37,821 bases of DNA from assembly GCA_035285125.1 (NCBI GenBank), contig JAYKHR010000049.1, positions 1 through 37,821 of the forward strand, in the 5' to 3' direction. Of the stretch, positions 10,501 to 19,194 are shown piece by piece. Numbering within the stretch: position 1 is the first letter of the stretch; the number at the start of each line of letters is the position of its first letter. Position numbers and translations under genes: made by a program. The notes under the pieces are model-generated. The model was not told the DNA's origin and made no database searches. It was given only the letters and a program-made list of their open reading frames with translations. The stretch is from Candidatus Sericytochromatia bacterium (lineage in GTDB: Bacteria > Cyanobacteriota > Sericytochromatia > S15B-MN24 > JAQBPE01).

Positions 10501-12157
10501 CGGCCTCTCCGACGCGCCGCGCCGCGCCGCTCAGGGCCGAGAACCGCGCATCCAGCACGACGGCCAGCCCCCCGGGGAGCTCCAGGGAGGCGCCTTCCGA
10601 CACGCCCCAGCCTTGTCTGGAACGGCTCAACGCCCCTGACCGCACCCAGTGCGTCAGCAGCGCTTCGGCGGGGCCGGGCAGGCCCCCTGCCAGGGCCACG
10701 AGCCGCTCGACCAAGGCAGGCTCCAGGGCATCCTGCCCGAGCATCGCCTGGGCCAGCCCGCGGGTCTCGTCGTCGGTGAGCGGCGGGAGCACGAGCGCGC
10801 GGCCCGCAGGCTCCAGGGGCTCGCGACAGGCCAAGACCCAGTGCCAGGCCTGGCCTGCCCCCCGGGAGCGCAGCAACCCCACGAGCTCGCCGGAGGCCGG
10901 GTCGAGGTCGTCCGCGTCGTCAAGCAGCCACACGGCCCGCGGCGCAGCCGCTAGGGCCAGCTCGGCCACCGCCGTGTGCAGGCGCACCCGCTCCTGGGCC
11001 CCGTCCAGCTGTGCGGCGGGCTCGACGCCGAGGTCCGGCAGCAGCCGCACGAGCACCGGCGCCAGCCGCTCCAGTTCGGGGACGGCGGTCGCGACCAGCG
11101 CCTGCAGCCAGGGGCGCAGCGCCTGGTAGGGTGGGGCCTCGACGCCGAGCCCACGGGCGTGGAAGGTCGGCTCGCCCGCCAGCTGAGCCTCCGCGCGCCA
11201 CTCGGCGATGAGGCGGCTCTTGCCCACCCCCTCCGGCCCGACGAGCTGGATGAGGCTCCCCTGCGTCCCCGGCAAGGCCCGGCGCAGCTCCTCGACCACC
11301 GGCCCGCGCGCCAGGAGGGGGGGGCTGAGCAGGCAGGCTTCTCGCTCGATCGAGGCCTCCAGCCCGAGTGCTGCCAGCAGCTCCCAGCCTGACGCGAACC
11401 GCTCGCCTGGGTCCTTCGCCAGGAGCCTCGCCACCGCCACGCCCATCTCGGTGCTGAGGCCGGGGACCCACTCGCTCAGGGGGGTGGGGCGCTCTTCGAG
11501 GTGCGCACGCAGTAGCGCCACGGGGGTCATCGTGAGGTCAGGGTCGAAGGGCGGCCTGCCGGCGAGCGCGTGGTAGAGCACCGCCCCGAGGCCGTAAAGG
11601 TCGGTGCGGGCATCGATCGCGGCCCCGCGCGCGCACTCGGGCGCCAGGTAGTGGAGCGAGCCGCGGATCGCCGTGCCGACCTGGCCCGCCCGCCCCAGCA
11701 GGCCGAGGTCCATTAGGCGAGGCACCCCGTCTGACCCGAGCCGCACGTTCTCGGGCTTCACGTCGCCGTGGACGAAGCCTCGGGCGTGGATGTAGCCGAG
11801 CGCGGCCACGATGCCGGGCAGCCAGGCGCGCACGGTGGCCTCGCCACCGGGCATCGCGGCCGAGAGGTCGTGCCCGGGCACGGCCTCCATCGTGAAGTAC
11901 GGCGTGCCGTCCTCGAGGTGCCCGAAGTCGTGGGCCGCCACCATGTTGGGGTGCCGGAGGGTCGCCATGGCGCCGAACTCCTGCCGGAACAGGAAGCGCG
12001 CCTCCTCCCGGGCTGCCGCGGGAGCCGCCTCGTTCACCCGAAGCGTCTTCAGGGCCACCTCCCGCCCGGCGTCGCGGTCGAGCACCAGGTGGACCTCGCC
12101 CATCCCCCCCTGGCCCAGCAAGGACCGATGGTCGTAACGGCTTGGCAGCTGAATCAT
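7586..12157 (-). CDS. Ser/Thr kinase - STAND/AAA ATPase - TPR - GAF - GAF protein with no C-terminal output domain (1523 aa)
   Basis: LGQGGMGEV, VALK, HGDVKPEN, DLG, YLAPE; Walker A GPEGVGKS, Walker B WLLDDADDLD; TPR-like 'NNLGNVYLMQGRFLEA'; two GAFs (VVAVPL..MMADS; IFAVPI..LYLD); stop directly after GAF2. Confidence 0.88.
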   Translation of the reverse strand: MIQLPSRYDHRSLLGQGGMGEVHLVLDRDAGREVALKTLRVNEAAPAAAREEARFLFRQEFGAMATLRHPNMVAAHDFGHLEDGTPYFTMEAVPGHDLSAAMPGGEATVRAWLPGIVAALGYIHARGFVHGDVKPENVRLGSDGVPRLMDLGLLGRAGQVGTAIRGSLHYLAPECARGAAIDARTDLYGLGAVLYHALAGRPPFDPDLTMTPVALLRAHLEERPTPLSEWVPGLSTEMGVAVARLLAKDPGERFASGWELLAALGLEASIEREACLLSPPLLARGPVVEELRRALPGTQGSLIQLVGPEGVGKSRLIAEWRAEAQLAGEPTFHARGLGVEAPPYQALRPWLQALVATAVPELERLAPVLVRLLPDLGVEPAAQLDGAQERVRLHTAVAELALAAAPRAVWLLDDADDLDPASGELVGLLRSRGAGQAWHWVLACREPLEPAGRALVLPPLTDDETRGLAQAMLGQDALEPALVERLVALAGGLPGPAEALLTHWVRSGALSRSRQGWGVSEGASLELPGGLAVVLDARFSALSGAARRVGEAAAVLGATGPLAALAAVSELDDAAFFGALTELEASGTLLRDPAAYRFSRPMQAEAVAATVPHATRTAWHGAAARWWLDRTGPAPDALDLAEAMAVARHLLASESPTRAVPWVLAAAARAQGLHALTPLLPLLEQATAVPGVAPADTAALQAYRSNGLRFAGRIDEALDVHEAEVLAHARAAGTARLPEHLCTLGVMQQTKGRYPEALATYEEAIALATASGDATTAVRARVFAGRTAFFSGNGLVAREYLRAAIHDARVAGTHTMLGTALSLYGYLLATTGADQVPEALSLLEEAIAVNTALDNTYMLHDTCNNLGNVYLMQGRFLEAKPVFERCMALCERMAAANERCFALINMGAVSLELGHLKDAQLQASEALELSRRQGRKFPEAYARALAGQASTLQGDLTGGQAQLDQALRVAREINNRYLELGVLARRVEAWLHLGRFAEALEDLAAARQLASETQNDEHNARFERQEAVLAVRLERPDAAALLARLLEAARHTGQPVAVAHALRWQAEHTLAAGQPDLALTAVAEAAEQAAIAGLVLLGAELRELWGRVLSGLDDAAAAERFTEGRALASVSGSQVTDILCQAGFGRTHPAGRDDRRMAPQRLEDLLAGLSEAEKLAYLGWPERAAVHELERPAEAAGGERFHHLTDLLATITSQPDVPRVMQQALTALVEIAGAERGFLLLYNGFEVTQQVFYGMDERDNDEFSSGLAHQVLWSGEPLVLEDASCHTEFSTRQSVQALALRSVVAVPLHDGTEILGVMMADSKRVNTRFGPAELSLAMALARQVAIALSNTRRLEQLRNSHAEHELLHRLALGLLQSDDLAAGFACVAAEAVPLCGVSRAVWLDGPDPGTLRQAFDATGERLEPEDAEISWGVVQWVFQQGEPLHLVDAQDDEVFQHRDSVQALGLRTIFAVPIRLGDRILGVLYLDHPMVVDEDPAALHTLGRLADMFGAFWSRFQPAGVRG

Positions 12158-12196
12158 GGGCCCCCCCCGCGTGTCGGGACGCGCGTCCTGGCCGGT

Positions 12197-12202
12197 ATTA
12201 TA
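12197..12202 (-). promoter_or_regulatory. Candidate sigma70 -10 box (TATAAT) for the kinase cluster
   Basis: Perfect TATAAT about 40 nt upstream of ATG 12157 in very GC-rich DNA; no recognisable -35. Confidence 0.55.
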
Positions 12203-12261
12203 CCCGCGTGGCAGGCGGGTGGCCTGACGGGGCGGACCTCACTGATCGGACATGGCCGTTA

Positions 12262-12270
12262 TGTTATACT
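12262..12270 (+). promoter_or_regulatory. Candidate extended -10 promoter (TGtTATACT) for exbB-exbD-btuF
   Basis: TGn-TATACT about 75 nt upstream of ATG 12344, divergent from the kinase promoter. Confidence 0.55.
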
Positions 12271-12343
12271 TCGCAGGCGTGCGAGGCCGTCCTGGACGCC
12301 CCGCACCCCTGAACCCCGCGTGATCCGAAGGAACCGACCAGGC

Positions 12344-12946
12344 ATGACGCTCATCAACCTCATCCGCGCCGGCGGCTGGACCATGGTGCCAATCCTGCTC
12401 GCCTCGCTCGTGACCGTGGCGCTCGTCATCGAGCACGCCTGGTCGCTGGCCCGGGCGAAGAAGAACCTGTACTGGCTGTGGCAGTTCCCGGACAAGCGCG
12501 ACCAGCTGCTGCTCAAGAAGCCGACGGACCTGGTCACGCGCTTCCTGGTCGAGCTCGAGGAGGGCCACGTGACGGCCCTGGTCGACAAGACGCAGCTCGC
12601 GGGCCAGATGGTCCTCGAGCAGGAGCGCCGCATCTCCTGGCTGGGCACCATTGCCTCCATTGCCCCGCTGCTGGGCCTCATCGGCACCGTCTCGGGCATG
12701 ATCATCATCTTCTTCCAGATCTCCGCAGCGCCGCCTGCGAACCCGCTCGCGGAGCTCTCGCGGGGCATCTCGGAGGCGCTGGTGGCGACGGCCGGCGGCC
12801 TCGTCGTGGCGATCGCGGCGGCCCTGGCCCACCACTTCCTGATGAACAGCAACGACGACCTGGCGATGGACCTCGAGGCCTGGCTGAAGGAGCACGCCAA
12901 CACCCCCGCCCCCGGAGGGACGCCCCTTGCTCACCCGGCAAAGTAG
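12344..12946 (+). CDS. exbB: MotA/TolQ/ExbB proton channel family protein (200 aa)
   Basis: ATG 12344 within ORF 11768..12946; 'GGWTMVPILLAS', 'APLLGLIGTVSGM', 'GISEALVATAGGL'; followed by an exbD-like gene. Confidence 0.88.
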   Translation: MTLINLIRAGGWTMVPILLASLVTVALVIEHAWSLARAKKNLYWLWQFPDKRDQLLLKKPTDLVTRFLVELEEGHVTALVDKTQLAGQMVLEQERRISWLGTIASIAPLLGLIGTVSGMIIIFFQISAAPPANPLAELSRGISEALVATAGGLVVAIAAALAHHFLMNSNDDLAMDLEAWLKEHANTPAPGGTPLAHPAK

Positions 12947-13325
12947 GCGGACGCGCACGCCGCGCTTCGAGCTCATCCCGATGATCGACGTGATGATGAT
13001 CCTCACGATCTTCCTCGCAGTCATGGCGTTCTTGCCGCAGGTGCGCACCTCGATCACGGCGCAGCTCCCAGAGGCCTCCACCGCCGAGAACACCCCGAAG
13101 TCGCTCACCATCGAGCTCACGCGGGATGGCCTGATGCTCGACGAGCAGCCCCAGACGCCGGACAGCCTCGTCGAAGAGGTCAAGGCCGCCGTGGCGAAGG
13201 ACCCCGACACCGCCTTCGTGATTGCCGCCGATAAGTCACTGCCCTACGAGCAGGTCATCCAGCTGCTTGATCGCGTGCGCGGGAGCGGCGCGAAGCGCAT
13301 CGGCCTCGCCACCAGCAAGCCCTGA
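12927..13325 (+). CDS. exbD: ExbD/TolR biopolymer transport protein
   Basis: 'ELIPMIDVMMILTIF' single TM with the conserved Asp; 'VIAADKSLPYEQVIQLLD..G..IGL'. Confidence 0.9.
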   Translation: MLTRQSRRTRTPRFELIPMIDVMMILTIFLAVMAFLPQVRTSITAQLPEASTAENTPKSLTIELTRDGLMLDEQPQTPDSLVEEVKAAVAKDPDTAFVIAADKSLPYEQVIQLLDRVRGSGAKRIGLATSKP

Positions 13326-14206
13326 TGCGGCTCCCGCCGTTCGCGTGCCGGCAGGGGCCTCTTTTGCTCTTGCTGGTCGTGCTGCTGGCGTGGCTGCTTG
13401 GCGCAGGCCAGGCAACGGCCTCGCCGCCGGCTGGGGCCCGGCGCATCCTCTCGCTGGGGCCCTCGCTCACGGAGATGGTCTACGCGCTTGGCCTCGGAGA
13501 CCGGCTCGTCGGCCGCACCAGCCTCTGCAACCACCCGCCGGCAGCCACGCGCGTGCCAGCCGTCGGCGCCGTCTCGGGTTGGAACGAGGAGCGCGTCCTC
13601 GCGCTGGCCCCTGACGTCATTTTGGCCCTGGAGGGTGCCCGCGCGCCCGTCGAGCGGCTGGCGCGCCTCACGGGCGCGACGCTGGTGGTGCTGCCCACCG
13701 AGGGCCTCGAGGACATCGGCCGCAACATGCGGCGCATCGCTCGCCTCGCGGGCATTGGCCCCGTGGGCGACCGCTGGGCCGACGGGCTGGCTCGCGCGGT
13801 GGCTGCCCGGCGGGCGGCGGGGGCCCGCGGCCCTCACCCCTCGGTGTTCTATATGGTCTGGGACGAGCCGCTGATGGCGGCGGGGCCTCGCAGCTACCTG
13901 GGGGATCTCATCTCGGTGGCCGGGGGCCGCAACGTCGTTCCCTCCTCGGTGCGGGCCAGCTACCCCACCTTCGGCTGGGAGGCCTTCGTCGCGGCAGACC
14001 CCGAGGTCGTCCTGGCCCCGCGCGAGCGGGCCCTGGCCCTGAAGCGGCTGGCGGCCAGCCACCCGGCCCTGCGCGCGGTGCAGGCTGGCCAGCTGCACAC
14101 GCTGCCGGACGACCTGGTCTCGCGCCCAGGGCCGCGGGTGCTGGAGGCCCTGGGCGCCATCGAGCAGGCCCTGCGCGCACCGCGCCGCGCGGCCAGCCTT
14201 CGCTGA
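13325..14206 (+). CDS. Periplasmic helical-backbone metal receptor (BtuF/cobalamin or iron-complex binding)
   Basis: Signal peptide, 'RILSLGPSLTEMVYALGLGDRLVG', 'LISVAGGRNV', 'DLVSRPGPR'; start overlaps the exbD stop (TGATG). Confidence 0.8.
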   Translation: MRLPPFACRQGPLLLLLVVLLAWLLGAGQATASPPAGARRILSLGPSLTEMVYALGLGDRLVGRTSLCNHPPAATRVPAVGAVSGWNEERVLALAPDVILALEGARAPVERLARLTGATLVVLPTEGLEDIGRNMRRIARLAGIGPVGDRWADGLARAVAARRAAGARGPHPSVFYMVWDEPLMAAGPRSYLGDLISVAGGRNVVPSSVRASYPTFGWEAFVAADPEVVLAPRERALALKRLAASHPALRAVQAGQLHTLPDDLVSRPGPRVLEALGAIEQALRAPRRAASLR

Positions 14207-14268
14207 GCCACCCCGCGTCCGGCCCCGGCTGCAGGGGGGCGGGGCAGGCCGTCGGGGCGGGGGCGGTG

Positions 14269-14274
14269 TAGAAT
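14269..14274 (+). promoter_or_regulatory. Candidate -10 box (TAGAAT) for the ABC-F gene
   Basis: TAGAAT ending 32 nt before ATG 14307. Confidence 0.4.
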
Positions 14275-14306
14275 GCCAGGGTCCCACCTCTAGCTGCCTT
14301 TGCCCC

Positions 14307-16214
<1,908 letters not shown>

Positions 16215-16219
16215 CTCGG

Positions 16220-16312
16220 TCAGAGCAGGAGGTCGAGGCCCTCGAGCACCTGCTGCTTGAGGCGCGTCCACCTCGAGTCTGCCGTCAGGTGCGCCTGGCG
16301 GCCGCCGCTCAC
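16220..16312 (-). CDS. Putative 30-aa small protein MSGGRQAHLTADSRWTRLKQQVLEGLDLLL
   Basis: GTG start overlaps the upstream gene's TGA (GTGA); 28 of 29 non-start sense codons end in G/C; fills the gap between convergent genes. Confidence 0.4.
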   Translation of the reverse strand: MSGGRQAHLTADSRWTRLKQQVLEGLDLLL

Positions 16313-17058
16313 GGGGAAAGCCGCCAGCTGGCCTCGGCCGCCGTGGCCCGGTGCAGCTCCCAGGCCGTCGCCTCGCCTGGGGTCAGCCCCACCCCCAGGG
16401 CCTCGACGACCCCGGCGATCAGGGCTGCGCCTGCCTCGTCCACCCCGACGGGGCGCCCCAGCGCCTCCTCGAGCGTGCGCAGCGCCTCCGACCCCGGCAG
16501 CAGCCCAAGCCACGGCGAGCGCGACACGTAGGTGCTGCCGTGCTGCAGCACGGCCCCCTGCCGCCGCACCTGGGCGCTGCCGACCAGCTTGTGGCCCCCG
16601 ACGCCGAGGTCCGCCTGGGTCGTCGACGCGAAGCAGGCCGGGCTGCGGCCCGGGGAGGCCCCGCCCGGGGCGAGCCCGGCTGGCAGCCCCAAGCGCATGA
16701 GCCCGAGGGCCAGGGCCTGAGCAAGGACGCGGTACGAGGCGGCCACGCCGGCCGGCAGGCCGCTCGTCACGATGCTGTAGGTGAGGTCCCCGGCGTGCAC
16801 GACGGCGCGGCCCCCGGTGGGGCGGCGCACCACCTCGGCCCCAGCCTCGCGCCAGGCTGCCACCTGGGCGGGCTCGGCCCGCTGGGCGTAGCCGAGCGAC
16901 ACGGTGGGCCGCGCCCAGCCGTAGAGCCGCAACGTCGGGGGGGAAAGCCCCTCGCGGTGAGCCTCCAGCAGCGCCTCGTCGAGCGCCATGTTCCAGGCCC
17001 CGTCGGTGGGCGGCGTCCACAACAGCCGCCAGTGGCGGGGCAGGCCAGGCTGGCTCAG
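16309..17058 (-). CDS. Lipoate-protein ligase family, LipM-like octanoyltransferase
   Basis: 'NMALDEALL', 'LRLYGW', 'RRPTGGRAVVH', 'PACF', 'KLVGSAQ', 'LQHGS'; no LplA C-terminal domain. Start uncertain: TTG 17022 or CTG 17058 overlapping the xer stop. Confidence 0.85.
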   Translation of the reverse strand: MSQPGLPRHWRLLWTPPTDGAWNMALDEALLEAHREGLSPPTLRLYGWARPTVSLGYAQRAEPAQVAAWREAGAEVVRRPTGGRAVVHAGDLTYSIVTSGLPAGVAASYRVLAQALALGLMRLGLPAGLAPGGASPGRSPACFASTTQADLGVGGHKLVGSAQVRRQGAVLQHGSTYVSRSPWLGLLPGSEALRTLEEALGRPVGVDEAGAALIAGVVEALGVGLTPGEATAWELHRATAAEASWRLSP

Positions 17059-17939
17059 AGGGCCGTCTCGAGCGCCGACCGGAGGTCGCTGCCGAGCTCG
17101 GTGTGCGCGTAGATGGTCGTCGTGTCGATCCGGCGGTGGCCGAGCAGCTTCTGGATCTTATCGATGGAGACCTTACGGTTGATCAGGCGCGTGGCGAAGG
17201 TGTGGCGCAGCTTGTGGCAGCTGAACTTGCGGTTGCCCAGCCCCGCGCGGGCCATCACGCCCTTCACGATCTTGTAGACGCTGTCGTAGCTGAGGCGGCG
17301 GTGGTGGGTCTGCAGCGAGACGAACACCGCGCCCTTGCCCACGGGGTGCACGGCCATCCACTCCCCGATGGCCTGCGCCAGCGCGTCGCTGATGGGCAGC
17401 ATGCGCTCCCGCCGACCCTTGCCGAAGACGCGCAGCTCGCGCTCGTCGAGGAACACATCCTCGATGTTCAGACCCACGAGCTCGCCTGCGCGCATCCCGG
17501 TGTAATACAGGGCCTTCACGATCGCCGCCTCGCGCAGGGCGGCAGGTGATCCCGCCGTGAGCGCGTCGAGCAGCGCCTGCACCTGCGCTGCGTTCAGGTA
17601 AATCGGCAGCCGGTCCTCGACCTTGGGTGGCTCGAAGTTGCCCGTGGGGTCGACGCCGATCACCTTCTGCCGCAGGCAGTGGTTGAAGAATCCGCGCAGG
17701 GAGGCCTGTTTGCGGCGCACCGTCGTGCCCTTCATGCCCTTGCGCGAGAGCCCGGCGATGTAGAGCTCCAGCTCCTCGTGGCTGGCGGTGGCGAGCGCCT
17801 TGCCGATGCTGGCCTCGGCCTGCCGCAGGTCAAGCCCGTAGCACCGCAGCGTGTGGTCCGAGAAGTTCTTGAGCCGCAGCCTGTCGAGGTAATCGCGGAT
17901 CATGTCGGGCCCCTGTGGGGGGACTGAGGCGGTGCTCAT
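17055..17939 (-). CDS. xerC: XerC/XerD-type tyrosine recombinase
   Basis: SAM-like N-domain 'FSDHTLRCYGLDL'; catalytic set intact: TGMR..EL, GKG..ER, HKLRHTFAT, LLGH, TTTIY. C versus D assignment is uncertain. Confidence 0.85.
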   Translation of the reverse strand: MSTASVPPQGPDMIRDYLDRLRLKNFSDHTLRCYGLDLRQAEASIGKALATASHEELELYIAGLSRKGMKGTTVRRKQASLRGFFNHCLRQKVIGVDPTGNFEPPKVEDRLPIYLNAAQVQALLDALTAGSPAALREAAIVKALYYTGMRAGELVGLNIEDVFLDERELRVFGKGRRERMLPISDALAQAIGEWMAVHPVGKGAVFVSLQTHHRRLSYDSVYKIVKGVMARAGLGNRKFSCHKLRHTFATRLINRKVSIDKIQKLLGHRRIDTTTIYAHTELGSDLRSALETAL

Positions 17940-18032
17940 GAGGTGACCTTTCGCGCCACGGCCAGCTTCCAGATAACGTCACCAAGAGTTAACGCCACCA
18001 GACGGGCGCCGGTCAAGAGATCCCCGTCACAT

Positions 18033-18060
18033 ACTTAACATAACGCAATGGTTTGCGGGC
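18033..18060 (-). other. dif-like sequence with strong XerD-type arm and degenerate second arm
   Basis: Minus strand GCCCGCAAACC-ATTGCG-TTATGTTAAGT. The right arm matches the E. coli dif XerD arm TTATGTTAAAT at 10/11. It lies about 95 bp upstream of the xer start. Confidence 0.4.
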
Positions 18061-18963
18061 TCAGCCGGGAGGCGAGAGGTGAGGGCGCAGGAAGGCGATG
18101 ATGGCGGCCTCGTCGATGGTGGCCTCTGCGTGGCTCGCCCCGGGGTGGAAGCGCACGGTTGCCGAGATGCCGAGGCGCTCGAGCTCTGCTGCCAGCGCCT
18201 GCGTCTGGGCCGGCGGCACCACCGTGTCGGCCTCGCCGTGCTCGAGGTACAGCGCGACGTGGCGCAGGTGGGCCGCGAGCGTCAGCGCGGAGCGGGCGGG
18301 GCTGCTTGCCGCTCGCCTGTCCCGGCCGAAGGCGTCCAGCCACGAACGCCTGTAGGAGGCCGCCAGCCCGCCGGGCTCCACCACCCCCTGCGAGCTCGCC
18401 ACGGCCGCCACCCTGTAGGGCAGTGCGAGGGGGTTGGCCGCCACCGCGAGGGCCGTGCCGCCTCCCATGGAAAAACCAACCAGGCCGACTCGTTCAGGGT
18501 CCACGCCGAAGCGGGCAGGGAGGTCGGCCAGCAGCCGGGCGGCCGCGTGCAGGGCCTCGTCGTTGTTCCAGTGTCGGGGGCCTCCGAGCAGCGCGGAGGC
18601 CGCGAGCCACCCCTCCGCGGTCGCCCGCGCGGCCAACCCCGTGCGCTGCGAGAGCTGGGTCTGGTCCATCCCGTGGCCGTGCAGGAACACGAGCGCGCCC
18701 CCCCGCCAGCCCGGGCCGTGGGTGGCGGGCAGCACGACGTGCACCGCGTCGCCAGCGAGCTCGTAGTTGCACGGCGCGGGCTGCGGCGCCTGCTGCCCGC
18801 GCTGAGGTGGCGCTGGGCAGGCTCCTCGCCCGGCAGCATGGCTGATGTGGGGTGGGCGAGGGTTCAAGGGCACCTCCGGCGGGCCCCGGCCATCGTGAGC
18901 AACTTCGGCGGGGCCCCGCCAATCGTGCGCCGCCTGGCCCGGCGTCGCCATGTCGGGCTGCAC
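18061..18963 (-). CDS. Alpha/beta hydrolase (esterase / S9 peptidase-like); start uncertain
   Basis: 'VFLHGHG', nucleophile elbow GFSMGG, 'HGEADTVVP' (Asp), 'PGASH' (His). Confidence 0.8.
   Translation of the reverse strand: MQPDMATPGQAAHDWRGPAEVAHDGRGPPEVPLNPRPPHISHAAGRGACPAPPQRGQQAPQPAPCNYELAGDAVHVVLPATHGPGWRGGALVFLHGHGMDQTQLSQRTGLAARATAEGWLAASALLGGPRHWNNDEALHAAARLLADLPARFGVDPERVGLVGFSMGGGTALAVAANPLALPYRVAAVASSQGVVEPGGLAASYRRSWLDAFGRDRRAASSPARSALTLAAHLRHVALYLEHGEADTVVPPAQTQALAAELERLGISATVRFHPGASHAEATIDEAAIIAFLRPHLSPPG
18871..18930. repeat. Imperfect 2 x 30 bp tandem repeat in the hydrolase N-terminal extension
   Basis: 22/30 identical; encodes AHDWRGPAEV / AHDGRGPPEV on the minus strand. 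Confidence 0.6.
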
Positions 18964-19111
18964 GAACCTGGTTGCCAGGGCCGGACGCGGTGAGGAGGGC
19001 GCCCGCGCAGGGAATGTTATGGTGCTTGTTCAATAAAGTTCACAAGTGGGCGGGATGCGCCTGCCAATGGCGACCGAAGGTGACGGGCCGCACAGAAGGG
19101 GCGAAGAAGCG

Positions 19112-19140
19112 TTGTTAATGTGGATCGCAGGTGCTATATT
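19112..19140 (+). promoter_or_regulatory. Sigma70-type promoter for yggS-sepF-proC-yggT
   Basis: TTGTTA (19112-19117), 17 bp spacer, TATATT (19135-19140), with extended TG at 19132-19133. Confidence 0.65.
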
Positions 19141-19194
19141 TACTCGGTCGCTAACTTGAAACCTTGGTGGCGACTTGATTTCGGGAAAGGGGAC

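Noticed and set aside
12271..12343. Cobalamin riboswitch ahead of exbBD-btuF
   Set aside because: The leader is only about 70 nt and I see no B12-box or conserved core.
17055..17939. Recombinase as a phage or ICE integrase
   Set aside because: About 294 aa Xer-sized with no arm-binding domain, coupled to a housekeeping gene, and no tRNA, att repeats or mobility genes nearby.
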